Positions 1 through 11,200 of a stretch of 64,000 nucleotides of DNA are shown here, piece after piece. The DNA comes from Pirellulales bacterium (GTDB lineage: Bacteria > Planctomycetota > Planctomycetia > Pirellulales > JADZDJ01). A program made the position numbers and the translations under genes. Position 1 is the first letter of the stretch. Every line of letters starts with the position of its first letter. Location: positions 2,167,462-2,231,461 of the forward strand of contig OY970289.1 of assembly GCA_963716135.1 (NCBI GenBank), written 5' to 3'. Below the pieces are notes generated by a model that made no database searches, was not told where the DNA came from, and worked only from the letters and a program-made list of their open reading frames with translations.

Positions 1-590
1 CGGTCCGTGGTCAGTTGAATGTTTCCGACGTCAACCGTGCCGAGCTTGGAAAACACCAGATTGAACGTTTGAACGTTGAAATCTTCCTGGGGGAAAAGGT
101 CGGCCACGAGCGCTATCAGATGCGGACAGTGCACGCTGTACACATCCTCGCCCGGATAGAAATTGCCGAAGCCGTCGATATTGCCCTCCAAAGCATGGAC
201 GCGGCCAATCTCTGCGAGCCGCTTTTTCATCTGCTGAACCGTCGGCGAGAGCAGGTAGGTGTAATTGGTGGCGAGCACCAGGTTGTTTTTCCGTGCAAGC
301 TCCGTAAGCTCGACCGCCTCGCTCCGCTTCATGGTCAGCGGTTTTTCGCAGAGGACATGCTTGCCATGTTCCAGGAAGAATTTGACGAGCTCGTAGTGGG
401 TGGCAACTGGCGTGGCAACGATGACTGCGCCGACTTTGTCCGACAAGAGCTGGTTTCGATCGTTGGTGAACAAGCCGTCGTTGGAGGCGCTGCGATGGAA
501 GATGTGGGTGAGCGTGGCCTCGGATTCCCGATCGAGGACGCCCTTCCACACCTTTCCCCAATATCCAAAGCCAACCAGCGCGACGTTCAT
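1..590 (-). CDS. Gfo/Idh/MocA-family NAD(P)-dependent oxidoreductase (N-terminal part; C-terminus lies beyond the left edge)
   Basis: Absent from the ORF track because it is open at the window edge. My translation of the reverse strand from the ATG at 590-588 gives MNVALVGFGYWGKVWKGVLDRESEATLTHIF...GAVIVATPVATHYELVKFFLEHGKHVLCEKPLTMKRSEAVELTELARKNNLVLATNYTYL... This shows the N-terminal GxGxxG Rossmann motif and the EKP motif of the family. No stop occurs down to position 1. Confidence 0.8.
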   Translation of the reverse strand, partial: MNVALVGFGYWGKVWKGVLDRESEATLTHIFHRSASNDGLFTNDRNQLLSDKVGAVIVATPVATHYELVKFFLEHGKHVLCEKPLTMKRSEAVELTELARKNNLVLATNYTYLLSPTVQQMKKRLAEIGRVHALEGNIDGFGNFYPGEDVYSVHCPHLIALVADLFPQEDFNVQTFNLVFSKLGTVDVGNIQLTTD

Positions 591-641
591 GGAGAGTTTC
601 CTAGCAATTCACCGATAGCGGCAGTGTTTCGATTGAACGGC

Positions 642-1459
642 TCATTGTCGATAGTGTCGATTCAGCACTTCGCACGCGGCATCGAGCCGGACGAGATTGT
701 CGGCCGGATTTTCAGCGCTGCGCATTTCGACCGAAACCATGCCGGAATAATCGTTGGCCGCAAGCGCGCGGGCGATTGTGGCGTGGTCGATCACATCGCC
801 ATCGGCGACGGCCGCCAGTTGCGGATGCGAAACATGGAAATGCTTCAGCCAGGGCGTTGCGGCGGAAATGGCCGCCTCAAACGATTCGCCGTTCAAATAC
901 ATGATGCCGGTGTCCAAGTGTATGCCCAATCCAGCATGATTGACAGCTTGCACTACTGCCAGCGCTTCGGCGGTGTTGGTCATGAAATTGCATTGGTAGA
1001 CCGGCGGATTGGGCTCGATGCAAAACACGACGCCCAGAGCGGCGGCAGTTTCCGCCACGCCGCGGAAAAAATCCACCGCCATTTGCCGGGCCGCCGATTC
1101 GCTCAACTGGCCCCGATCGCGATTCTTCGGCGAACCGAAAACGAACCGCTGTGCCCCCAAGGCGGCGCCAATCTGCAAAATTCGCCGCAAATAGTCGCGT
1201 GTTTCGGCAATCATCGGCCCTTCAAAGATACTGAGCTTCGGCATGCCAAATAGCAAAGCCTGCATTGCTCGGATCGGCGCGCCTGCGCGCTCCAAAAGCG
1301 TTTGCGGCGCACCAGTTCGTCGGCCGTCGGTGCGCAAGGGGCGGGCCAGTATTTGGTCGGTGCGACTTCGACGGCGTCGATCCCGTGCTTGCTCAGAATC
1401 TCCGCGGCGGCCTGATCCTGGTCGGCAGCCCAGGCGATATTCGAGACGCATAGCTGCAT
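642..1459 (-). CDS. sugar phosphate isomerase/epimerase (xylose-isomerase-like TIM barrel); frame broken once
   Basis: The N-terminus MQLCVSNIAWAADQDQAAAEILSKHGIDAVEVAPTKYW... lies in ORF 1211-1504(-). The remainder (...IRAMQALLFGMPKLSIFEGP...GAQRFVFGSPKNRDRG...VVFCIEPNPPVYQCNFMTNTAEA...GLGIHLDTGIMYLNGE...) lies in ORF 642-1463(-), a different frame. The junction is near 1285 (RFWSAQ / GAPIRAMQ). An alternative start is at 1504. Confidence 0.7.
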
Positions 1460-1516
1460 GCACTCACCCACCAGCGTGGAACCGGCAAAAGCCCGCAGAT
1501 CCAATCGGCGCCGTCG

Positions 1517-2551
1517 TCATCCTGTTTCCTCGACAACGTTGATTTCGCTGCGTTCCTGCGGCGGCGGAATTACGCTTTCCGCTTCCATTTCAACGAAGTA
1601 CAAGGGCCGATGCTGCGACTCTTCCAAGATGCGGGCCACGTACTCGGCCAGCACCGCCAGGATGACAAACAAACAACAGAACATGGTGCTGATCACCACG
1701 GAGGTGGTGAGCCAGCCTTCGGCCAATTTGTTTTTGACCAGGGCCGCAATCAGGGCATACAGCAGGTACGCGAGGCTGCCGAAGCTGGCCAGCACCCCCA
1801 GCGCCGCCGCCCAGCGCAGCGGCGTGGCGGAATTGGAAATCAGGATGTCGATGGCCTGCTGGAGCTTGACCAGGAAATTTCGGGAAGGCATTTTCAGCGG
1901 CGGATCGCGCGGCACGCTGTTGATGACTTGCTTTTTGAAGCCCAACAGCGAGTTGAAATATTTGAGGTAGCGCCGGCGGTTTTTGATTTTGGTGAGCGAG
2001 GCCACGGCTTTGCGCGACATCAATTGAAAGTCCGATTCGGCCGCCGACAGTTCGACGCCCAGCATGTTGCGCGCCACGGCATAGAACAACCGCCGGCCCA
2101 ATTCTTGCTTGCGCAGCGCGCCGCGCTTCGCCACCACGACTTCGTAACCCTGTTGGGCGGTGGCGACCATGCGGGCCACGTCGCTGGGTTGATCGAAGTA
2201 CAAATTCATTAGAACCGCGTAGTCGCCGATGCAATTTTCCAGCGCCGCGGCAATGCCGATTTCGCGATTCACTCGAGCCGACAACCGCAACAGCCGCAAG
2301 CAGGAAAGCTTCTGCATCAGATCCCCGACAACCTCCAAGGTGTTATCGCGGGAACTGAGATCCACCAGCACGATTTCGTAGTAGTGGAACTTACTTTGCA
2401 ATTCAGCGTGCAGTTCGGTGAGGAACGAAGGCAGAATCGCCGCGTCGTCCTGGAGGACCACCAGCACGCTGACCAAGACGTCGAAGCGCGTCGCCGAGCT
2501 ATCCGACGCGGCTGTGGTCGACATGAAATAGGCTCCGGAAGTAGGCTGCAT
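1517..2551 (-). CDS. family-2 glycosyltransferase, GtrB/ArnC/DPM1-like polyprenyl-phosphate glycosyltransferase
   Basis: ORF 1517-2551(-), 344 aa. The GT-A type N-terminal half (FDVLVSVLVVLQDDAAILPSFL...YEIVLVDLSSRDNT...) is followed by two C-terminal TM helices (WAAALGVLASFGSLAYLLYALIAAL; VVISTMFCCLFVILAVLAEYVA). That is the layout of lipid-carrier glycosyltransferases. The start may be the internal Met at 2524. Confidence 0.75.
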   Translation of the reverse strand: MQPTSGAYFMSTTAASDSSATRFDVLVSVLVVLQDDAAILPSFLTELHAELQSKFHYYEIVLVDLSSRDNTLEVVGDLMQKLSCLRLLRLSARVNREIGIAAALENCIGDYAVLMNLYFDQPSDVARMVATAQQGYEVVVAKRGALRKQELGRRLFYAVARNMLGVELSAAESDFQLMSRKAVASLTKIKNRRRYLKYFNSLLGFKKQVINSVPRDPPLKMPSRNFLVKLQQAIDILISNSATPLRWAAALGVLASFGSLAYLLYALIAALVKNKLAEGWLTTSVVISTMFCCLFVILAVLAEYVARILEESQHRPLYFVEMEAESVIPPPQERSEINVVEETG

Positions 2552-3674
2552 CCATGGGTCGGTCGTCGCTAGTCGGCGCGCGCAAGTCGGATGCCGCCTG
2601 CAAAATATCGAAAACGTTGTCGATTTTGCCCCCCATCACCACGTGCAGGCCGGGGTGACCATAATTCCGCTTGAAAAGTATAGGTCGCCCATCGTTTCTC
2701 TCGCTGAAGTCGAGCGTGGTTTTCACCTCAAACAAGCTGCGCACGTACTGACTGCGCCCGATGACCGGCAAATAGCGCGTGGCGTCTTTCAGCATTTGCA
2801 TCACCTGCGTACCAGGCAGTCGAGCCAGCGCCAGCTTGTCGTCGGCCACGGAGTCGCGAGCCTGCCACGCTTCATGTGGAGTATAACGAACATGGCTCAG
2901 GCTATGCAGATTTTCGGCGGGAAAGGGCATCGTGGAAAAAAACGGCCCGTCCATCACGGTGATTCCCAAACCGGCGATTTCGGCCGGCGGGCGCACCAGC
3001 GCGATTTCCGCCAGCTCATGCCGAAAATCCAAAATCGGCAAGCCCGAGCGGTGCAGCAGCGGATTGATCTGGGCGAACGCGCAATTGAACACCTGGTCTG
3101 CCATCAGGGAGTGGCCGTTATTCAGCCGGACCTGCAATTGGCCTGAGCCTCCGGCAGGTTCGATCGTGGCCGCCTCGCAAGAGAGCATGACTTGAATTTC
3201 GGCGGCGGCCAGCGCGGCTTGCATCAATTCGCGCAACCGCACGGCGTTGAAGGCGTATTCGCGAACTTGGAATACGGCTTCGATCAGGTCGCGGTCGAAC
3301 AGTTTGGCCAGTTTCGGCGGGGCATCGCTGATCGGCGCTCCGACTCGCTTGCAGAAACCGGAGAATTGGGCCGCCGTGACCTTGCTGTTCACGCGGGCAA
3401 TGGCGTACAGCTTGGTGAAATCGCTGACGATCGCCCCAGGAAACACCTCGGCAAACAGCGGAAAACTGGTCACGCAGCCTTTTCCCGTCAGAATACTGCG
3501 CGGATAGTGGTAGCCCTGATGCACACGGGCCTGATTGTTGTAGCTGGCCCGGGTGAGCAATTGATCCGCGGCTTCGACGAGCACCACGTCGTCGCCGGCG
3601 GCGCGAAAGAAAATCGCCAGGCAGCAACCGTAAAACCCGCCTCCGATGATGATGGTGCGACGCTGGGATGTCAT
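2499..3674 (-). CDS. FAD-dependent oxidoreductase
   Basis: ORF 2499-3812(-). The likely start is Met47 (ATG at 3674-3672), giving MTSQRRTIIIGGGFYGCCLAIFFRAAGDDVVLVEAADQLL... This is a dinucleotide-binding GxGxxG motif followed by an acidic residue at the end of the beta2 strand. It overlaps the 5' end of the GT2 gene by a few codons, which suggests an operon. Confidence 0.7.
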   Translation of the reverse strand: MTSQRRTIIIGGGFYGCCLAIFFRAAGDDVVLVEAADQLLTRASYNNQARVHQGYHYPRSILTGKGCVTSFPLFAEVFPGAIVSDFTKLYAIARVNSKVTAAQFSGFCKRVGAPISDAPPKLAKLFDRDLIEAVFQVREYAFNAVRLRELMQAALAAAEIQVMLSCEAATIEPAGGSGQLQVRLNNGHSLMADQVFNCAFAQINPLLHRSGLPILDFRHELAEIALVRPPAEIAGLGITVMDGPFFSTMPFPAENLHSLSHVRYTPHEAWQARDSVADDKLALARLPGTQVMQMLKDATRYLPVIGRSQYVRSLFEVKTTLDFSERNDGRPILFKRNYGHPGLHVVMGGKIDNVFDILQAASDLRAPTSDDRPMDAAYFRSLFHVDHSRVG

Positions 3675-3992
3675 GAAGGCGGTTGCTGCGTGGGACAATC
3701 GCGGGCTCGCGGGATACTCAAATACAGCCGCAGAATGGGCAGGAACGACCCTGACAAGGCGGCGCATCTGCTTGCGAATCTTTATGATAGTTTTCCAGTG
3801 CCACGCCAACAAGGACGGCCGATCCGAAGTCTATGGTGCTGGGTCATTTGCGATGCGTTCAAAACCGCCGCCGGGCTTGTCTCGACGGTGCATTTCGATA
3901 CCCTAAGCCATATCGCTCCCGGCGCGCGACAGTCGGCCTGGCGGGGTTGAACCTCGGCCGGCGAGAAATCGTCGATTGCAAGGGGGCGTTTG

Positions 3993-4066
3993 GGCGACGT
4001 AGCTCAGTTGGTTAGAGCAGCGGCTTCATAAGCCGCGTGTCGGCGGTTCGAGTCCGCCCGTCGCTA
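3993..4066 (+). tRNA. tRNA-Met, anticodon CAT (elongator type; a lysidine-modified tRNA-Ile2 cannot be excluded)
   Basis: Cloverleaf read by eye. Acceptor GGCGACG/CGTCGCT; D arm GCTC-AGTTGGTTA-GAGC; anticodon arm GCGGC-TTCATAA-GCCGC (CAT); T arm GGCGG-TTCGAGT-CCGCC; discriminator A. No CCA is encoded. Confidence 0.85.
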
Positions 4067-4154
4067 CTGGATATTTGGCGCGAAACGGCGCGCTACCAGC
4101 CTGGAGGCCGGGGCAAAACCGCAAGCGGAGTTCGAATGTTCGACAGGTTGTGGG

Positions 4155-7100
4155 CTACGGATTGAAATCGGGATTCGTGGCGGTGCCGTCCATGCCGTCG
4201 TTGTCGTCGGGATCGCCGCCGGCGCCGCCGGCGCCGAAGGCGACCGTGTTGCCGCTGTAAGTGTTGCCGGTGTTGACAAAGGTATCGTCGTGATGCACAC
4301 CGCCGCCGTCGGCATCTCCGCCATCGCCCCCCGTGCCGCCAGTTCCGCCGGTCGCATCGCCGCCGTTGCCACCATTGCCGGCCTTCGCGGAGTTGAAGGT
4401 GATTTTTGTCTGCGTGATGGTTAGCGGCACCGAGCTGTAGACGCCGCCGCCTTGAGCATCTCCGCCTTTGCCGCCTGCTCCGCCATCGAAGCCCGTGCCG
4501 CCGTCGCCTCCGGCACCTGCGGTGAGTGAGTTCTTCGAGATGGTGGAGTTGGAGATGTCGACGCTGCTGACGGCCTCGGTGGCGACACTGATGCCTCCCC
4601 CAATAGCCAGGCCAGCGTTCCCGCCCGCTCCGCCGGTACCGTCGGTGGCGTTGGCGCTGCCGCCTCCGCCCCCATTTCCGGCACGAGCGCAGTTGTTCGA
4701 AACGGTCGACTTAGTCACATTCAGGTTGTTCGCCCCACTGATGCCGCCCCCCGCACTGTTGCCGCCACGGCCGCCTGCGCCCCCCGCGACGGCGGAGGCA
4801 CTGGATGCGCCTCCGTCTCCGCCGGCGCCGCCGGTTGCGGAGTTGTTGGTGATGGTGGAATTGGTGATCGTCATGGCGCCAAGCGCAACGAGGCCGCCAC
4901 CGTCGGCGTATCCGCCCAGGCCGCCCACGTCGCCGGTGTCGCCGTCGCCGCCGTCGCCGCCGTTGCCTCCGGTGATCGAATTGCCGCACACCGTGGACTT
5001 TGTCAGAGTGACGTCCTGGTCCGCGGCGATACCGCCGCCTGTAGCCTGGCCACCGATGCCGGGTGCGCCGCCTTGATCGCCGCCAGTGCCACCCGCGCCT
5101 CCGTTGCCCCCCTTGAGCGAGTTTCCAACGAATGTGGAGCAGTTTGCGCTAAACGCGACGTCACTGAACACGCCGCCACCGCTTGCAAGGCCGCCTGCAC
5201 CCCCCTCGCCGCCGGTGCCAAGGTCGGGAGCGTTGCCGCCGTTGCCGCCGTCGCCAGCGCAGCCGGAGTTCTTCGAGACGTCGGAAGAGTTGATCTGAGC
5301 GCCGTCGCCGAACACGCCGCCGCCTTGAACGTGGCCACCGTCACCACCTTTGCCGCCGGTGCCGGGTTCGCCGCTGCAATCGCCGCCGGTGCCACCGTCG
5401 CCGCCGGCAAGCGAGTTCTTCGTGATGCTCGATTTGGTGATCGTCGGTTCAGAACGCGCCCACACTCCGCCGCCTTCGGCGTAGCCGCCGGCGCCGCCGT
5501 CGCCACCGGTGTTGCCATTGCCCCCCTTGCCACCGTCGCCGCCGTCGCCGCCGATCGCAGTGTTCAGACAGATTGTGGTATCGGTGATAACGATCACTGC
5601 GCCACGTTCGGAAGAGGTGCCGCCGCCGAGCACATCGCCGCCGTCGCCGGCATCGCCGCCATTGTTGATTCCGAAGGCGCCATTGCCGCCGTCACCACCC
5701 CGTGCGAAATTCTTCGACACTTCGGACTTAGTGAGCGTGAGTTGGCGTAGCGCGTCGATTCCGGCGCCGGTCACACCGCCTCCTCGGCCGGCTGTGCCGC
5801 TATCGTTGATATTTCCGCTGCCGCCGCCATCGCCGCCATCGCCGCCGATGGCACAATTGCCGTTGATCTTTGAACGCAGCGCGCAAACTTGCAGGCCGCG
5901 GATGCCGCCTCCGTTGACGAAGCCGCCGATGCCGCCCGTCAAGCCGGCGTTGCCCGCCTCGCCGCCGAAGCCACCATTGCCACCAGCGGCTAAATTGTTC
6001 AAGACACAGGTATCGGTGATGTTCACCGGGCCATCGCTGTAAATTCCGCCGCCTTCGGCGTTGCCGCCGTCGCCACCGGGTCCGCCTTCGGCGCCAGGGT
6101 TTTCGGCGCCATTGCCGCCGTCGCCGCCGATGGCTTTGTTGCAATTGACCACGCAATTATTCAGCGTGACTCCGGCGCCGGAGGCGACAGGTGTCGCAAT
6201 CACAACGGCCGGGTCCATGAAGAAGTTCACGTTGTAGATTCCGCCCCCCTGGGCATCGCCGCCTTTGCCGCCGGAGATGACGGAAACGACTTCGATGGTG
6301 AAGTCGCCGTCCTCTTCGGGGGTAACGCTGCCGCCTTGTGCGCCGTCGCCGCCGCAGGCGATGTTGTTCGAAACACTACTCTTGCAGCCCCAGACGGCGC
6401 CTTCGGCATAGATGCCGCCACCCTGTGCTTCGCCGCCATTACCGCCGGGCGTGCCGCCGTTGCCGGCTTTCGCCTCGTTGCAATCAACCGTCGATTTATT
6501 CAGCGAGACCGCGCCGAGCGTGGTTGGCTGCAACGTGACAAGGCCAAGCCCTTCGGGTATCTCGCCGCTGCCGACGAAGATACCGCCACCCCGTGCATCG
6601 CAATTGGTGGGCGCAGCAGCGCTGCCCGAGCCGTCGTTGCCGCCGATAGCGCGGTTGAAATTGACTTGCGAGCTATCGATGATTACCAGCGCCGGCGGAA
6701 TTGCCGGAGCCGATTTGGATTTGGAAGATTTGGAAGTCGTGGAGAATGTGGGCATGGCGAACTGGTTGTTGGCGACGTAAATGCCGCCCCCCTCGCCGTC
6801 GCCGGCACGTGCGCCCAAACCGTCACTTGCGGGCGAGGCACCGGTGCCACCGTCGCCGCCATCGCCGCCGCGCGCGGTGTTTTGATTGACCTTCGAGCAG
6901 TTTTTGACGCTGACGGCGTAGGTGAACGCTTGGACCGGCGTCGTTTTGACGGTCAAGTCGTGGGCCACGTTCAAGCCGACGAAGATTCCGCCCCCCTGTC
7001 CGTCGCCTCCAAAGCCTCCGTTTCCGCCAGACGTTGCGCCGTCGCCGCCTTTACCACCGTCGCCGCCCACGGCGCTGTTGCAACTGACCTCTGTACTACA

Positions 7101-8157
7101 GATGGTGACGGGCGCAGCGCCCAAATGCCGCCACCCGCGGCGTAACCACCGTCGCCGCCACTGGTGCCGTCGTCATCGGAGAGCCCTTCGGCGCCATCGG
7201 CTCCCTTGGCCAGATTTGCGCGACGAGGCAATTGGTCAGGGAAACCGGCGCGGTCGAAGCGATGCCGCCGCCGTACGCGTTGCCGCCTTGGCTGCTGAGG
7301 AAGCCGGCGTCGAGGGAGGTGCCGCCGCCGATCGCTCGGTTGTTCAGCACTTTGCTGCCGGTGAGCGTCAGGCATGGGATGTTCGTGGCATAGATGCCGC
7401 CGCCGTAGGCGTAGCCGCCATATCCGCCGCCGTCGAGGCCGTCGCCGCCGAGCGCCGAGTTGTATTGGACGGTGATACATTTGAGGGATTGTGTTCCGCC
7501 GTCGATGTACAAGCCGCCGCCGTAAGCGTTGGCGCCACTGCCGCCGCCGATCCAGGGGAGCATCGAGCCGGCTGCGCCCTGAGCGGTGCAACATTCGATG
7601 ACGACATTTTGCAGTGTGAGTTTTCCGCCGGTGCTGAGGATGCCGCCGCCATGTGCATCAGTTTCACCAGGGAAGACTCCTTCGGTGCCGTCGTCCTGCG
7701 CCAGACCGTTGCGGATGGTGAGATTTTTGAAGATGACGGTGACGCCGTCGAGAATTTGAAATACGCGATCGATCATTTGCGCGTCGATGATCGATTTGCC
7801 TGCGCCGGCGCCTTGAATCGTCACCTTGCGGCCGGACTGGGTGAGATCCAAATCCCCTTCCTGCGCGGCGTTCTCTTGCCCGTTGGAATTGGTGATCGAA
7901 AGGTTGTACACGCCTTTTTGCAGCGTGATCACATCGTCGCCGGCCGAGTTGTTCGCGCCGATGATGGCGTAGCGCAGCGAATGCGTGTCAAGTGGATCGT
8001 CCGGCGCGGTTGCCAACGGATTGTAATTCGCAAGCAGAGTCCGCAGCTCGAGCCATTCGATGCCGATGGGCCGAGATCGGTGCGGGCGGGCCTTTGCTCG
8101 ATTGAGCACGTGGAATCGAGAGTGGCGCGCACGAGAGAGCAATTTGCGAACTCGCAT
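4155..8157 (-). CDS. giant secreted Gly-rich repeat protein 1 (choice-of-anchor-Q-like / parallel beta-helix head plus GGxGGxGG...GGG[IVF] repeats); frame broken twice
   Basis: Fragments are ORF 7096-8157(-), then the frame of ORF 6971-7594(-) between about 7125 and 7215, then ORF 4155-7124(-). N-terminus: MRVRKLLSRARHSRFHVLNRAKARPHRSRPIGIEWLELRTLLA. Head domain: LRYAIIGANNSAGDDVITLQKGVYNL...EGDLDLTQSGRKVTIQGAGAGKSIIDA...RVFQILDGVTVIFKNLTIRNG. This is followed by dozens of units such as LTKSTVSNNCARAGNGGGGGSANATDGTGGAGGNAGLAIGGGIS. An AGGAGC Shine-Dalgarno sequence lies upstream of the ATG at 8157. Confidence 0.8.
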
Positions 8158-8209
8158 GGATATGCTCCTGAAGTATTTTCAAAGTTGCGAGAAGGATTCG
8201 GATCTAATA

Positions 8210-11200
8210 CTAGCCATCCACGTTGGGGTCGCCGTTGGTGCCTGGGTTGCCGGGGTTGCCGTTGGGGCTGCCACCGTCGCCGGCGTCGCCGGCATCGACC
8301 GTGTTGTTGGCGATGGTCGAGCCATTGTTGTTGACGGGTGAACCGAAGGCGCCGCCGCCTGCGGCATCGCCGCCGTTGCCGCCGTCGCCAGCGGTGCCGG
8401 AATCGCTATCCCCGCCCCGGCCGCCGTCGCCGCCGATGGCACTGTTGAAAGTGACCTTCGACTGGTTCACATCGATCGTTCCCAGCGAATACAAACCGCC
8501 GCCATGAGCGGCATCGGCGTCGCCGCCGCGGCCACCATCGCTGCCATTGGTTCCACTGCCGCCGTCGCCGCCGTCGCCTGAGATGGCCTTGTTCTTGGAA
8601 ACTTCCGACTTGGTGAGGGTGATGCCGTCAATGGCACAGATCGCGCCGCCACGCCCGTCGCCGCTGCCACCGCCGTCTCCGCCGGAATTGGAACCGCTGG
8701 CCGATGTGCCGCCGTTGCCGCCGTTGCCGCCGGTGGCCGTATTGCAATTGAGCGTGGAATTGGAAACTGTCACAGACATCACCACGTAGATGGCGCCCCC
8801 CTCGCCGCCGCCGCCGAAGCCGCCGAAGCCCCCGTCGAAATCGTCTCCCGTGTTATTTGCGCCGTTGCCGCCGTTGCCCCCCGTGGCACGGTTGAACGAG
8901 AGGGTTGATTTGCTCACGCACGAAGTGTCATGGGCCCAGACGGCGCCGCCTTGCGCATTGCCGCCGAAGCCGGTCGTGCGCGGAGCACTGCTGTCACCAG
9001 CATTTCCGCCGTTGCCGGCGGTGATGGCGTTTTGGCACAAATTGGAACCTGTGATCGTGGCAACTCTTCCCGCATAAACGCCGCCGCCGTCGGCGTCACC
9101 GCCCCGGCCGCCTGCGCCGCCATTTCCGTCGCTGCTTCCGCCGTTGCCGCCGTTGCCGGCTTTGAGCGTGTTGAACGAGAGTGTGGAGCAACTGATGTTA
9201 ACATCCGTTGCGGCGTAGACTCCGCCGCCCTGAGCATAGCCGCCGTCGCCGCCGCCACCGCCATTGCCTTCGCCGCTGGCATTTCCGCCATTGCCGCCGT
9301 TGCCGCCCTTGGCCGTGTTCGAACTTACGCAGGATCCGACAATATTCACAAATTCGCCTGCGACCAAATTCGGGGCAATTGGCTCATTGTTGTCCTCCGG
9401 AACAAAGTTCGAGAAGATACCGCCGCCCTGCGCACGGCCGCCGGCGCCACCGGCGCCGCCGGAACCGTCTGTGCTGCCCGCGCCTGCGCCTCCGTCGCCT
9501 CCCTTGGCAAGATTGCACGACACACTCGAGTTGATGATGTCCATAAAACCGCTGACAGTGGAAACCTGCTTCGTTGTAATGGCCAGCGCGGGGGCTGCGG
9601 CTAAGCCGCCGGCGAAGATGCCGCCCCCTTGGGCTTGGCCGCCGTTACCGCCGTCGCTCGCGTCACCGTCAGTGGAAGAGCTCAAACCATCCGCGCTGCG
9701 CCGCCGATGGCGCAGTTGTTGTTGACGTTCGATTTGCTCACGAAGACAAGTGCCGACGAGGTTTGGGTGCTCGTGGTGATCGCCGGGTTCACACGACGAC
9801 TGTTGATGTTGCTGTAAGTTCCGCCACCGGCTGCATCGCCGCCATCGCCACCCTTGCCCGGCTCGTCGCCGACTCCGCCCGCGCCGCCGTCCCCCGCGAT
9901 GGCGCTGTTGCAGTTGACTTCGGAGCGCGTGAGCGTCAGTACCTGCGTGCCGTCCGGCGTCACACTGGCTAGGAAGGGGATCAAGGGAATTTCGATGAGC
10001 CCTGTACGAATACCGCCGCCTTGAGCAGTACCGCCATTGCCGCCGTCGCCGCCGCCGGTGTCGTTCTGGCTCGCGCCGCCCATGCCACCGGCGCCGCCTT
10101 TGGCGCAGTTGCCTGAAACTTTGGAATAGTCAACTGAAGCGGACTCGATTGCAATGATACCGCCGCCATAGACACTGCCACCTTGTCCTCCCGTTCCACC
10201 TTGGAAGAAGCTGGTTCCCCCCGTGCCTCCCGCGCCACCCTTGGCAAAGTTATTACTGACGCTGGAACTGTTACATACGATGACGCTCCCATCGCAGGCG
10301 ATGCCGCCACCGAAAACCGAGCCGCCCAAGCCGCCCAGGCCGCCAGTCTCGGCGTCGCCGGCGGGTCCGCCGGTTCCGCCATCTCCGCCAACGGCGCAAT
10401 TGGAGTTCACGGTCGTCTTGTCGATCGTGACGCTTCCATCGAAGAAAACGCCGCCCCCGTCAACCTCGCCGCCGTCGCCGCCTCGACCGCCATCTTGCCC
10501 GAAGGTCTGGCCATCGCCCCCCGCGCCCCCGTCGCCGCCGAAGGCGCCGTTGCACGAAATGTCAGACGACTTGGCCAGGAGGGCGCCAGTGCTGTAGATG
10601 CCGCCTGTGGCATCGCCACCCGATCCGCCGTCGCTGCCGTCGGCTCCGTCGCCACCCTCGCCGCCAAACGCTTTGTTGAAGTTGACGACGCAATTAATGA
10701 GCGTGACATCGGCCGCCGCAGCAAAGGATGCCGCGGTAGGCAACACTTCGAAGCTTAAGTTGAAGATTCCGCCCCCCAGGGCATCGCCGCCGCCGCCGCC
10801 GGGAATGGGGTCGGGCCCGCCATTGGGAAAGCCGAAACCCGCTGCGCCGTCGCCGCCGCACGCGACATTCTTCGAAACACTCGTCTTGTTGGCCCAGACG
10901 GTTCCTTCCGCATAGATGCCGCCGCCAAAAGCTTCGCCGCCAAAGCCGCCGGGCGAGCCGCCGTCTCCCCCCTTGGCCTCGTTGCAATCGACGGTGGACT
11001 TATTGAGCGAAACTGCGCCGAGCGTTGTCGGCGTCGACGTAATGGTGGTCAACTCGTTGTCGATTTCGACACTCCCGACGAAAATTCCACCGCCGTGGGC
11101 GTTGCTATCGAAGGGGAGATCGCCTATGCCGCCGTCGCCGTCGTTGCCGCCGATGGCGCGATTGAAGTTCACTTGCGAGCTATCGATGATCACCAGCGCC

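Noticed and set aside
15-1253. Large ORFs antisense to annotated genes. Examples are 15-1253(+), 19452-20558(+), 21654-22769(+), 25789-27408(-), 37213-38343(-), 43018-44271(-), 45300-46385(-), 46419-47513(-) and 28024-29535(+).
   Set aside because: These are typical shadow ORFs of high-GC DNA. Their translations are Arg/Ala/Gly/Pro-biased with no recognisable motifs, whereas the opposite strand encodes proteins with clear family signatures.
3993-4066. An initiator tRNA-fMet.
   Set aside because: The anticodon stem lacks the three consecutive G-C pairs characteristic of bacterial initiators, and position 1-72 pairs (as a G-U wobble) instead of forming the C-A mismatch. An elongator Met (or Ile2) is more likely.
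4468-5076. Long proline-rich ORFs (PPxPP...) on the plus strand across 4.1-13 kb. Examples are 4468-5076, 5509-6042, 8223-8507, 10223-10597 and 11494-12111.
   Set aside because: They are the antisense image of GGN glycine codons (NCC gives Pro/Ala) in the giant minus-strand genes. They have no independent start or RBS context and collectively tile the same repeats. The minus-strand reading gives a coherent domain architecture.
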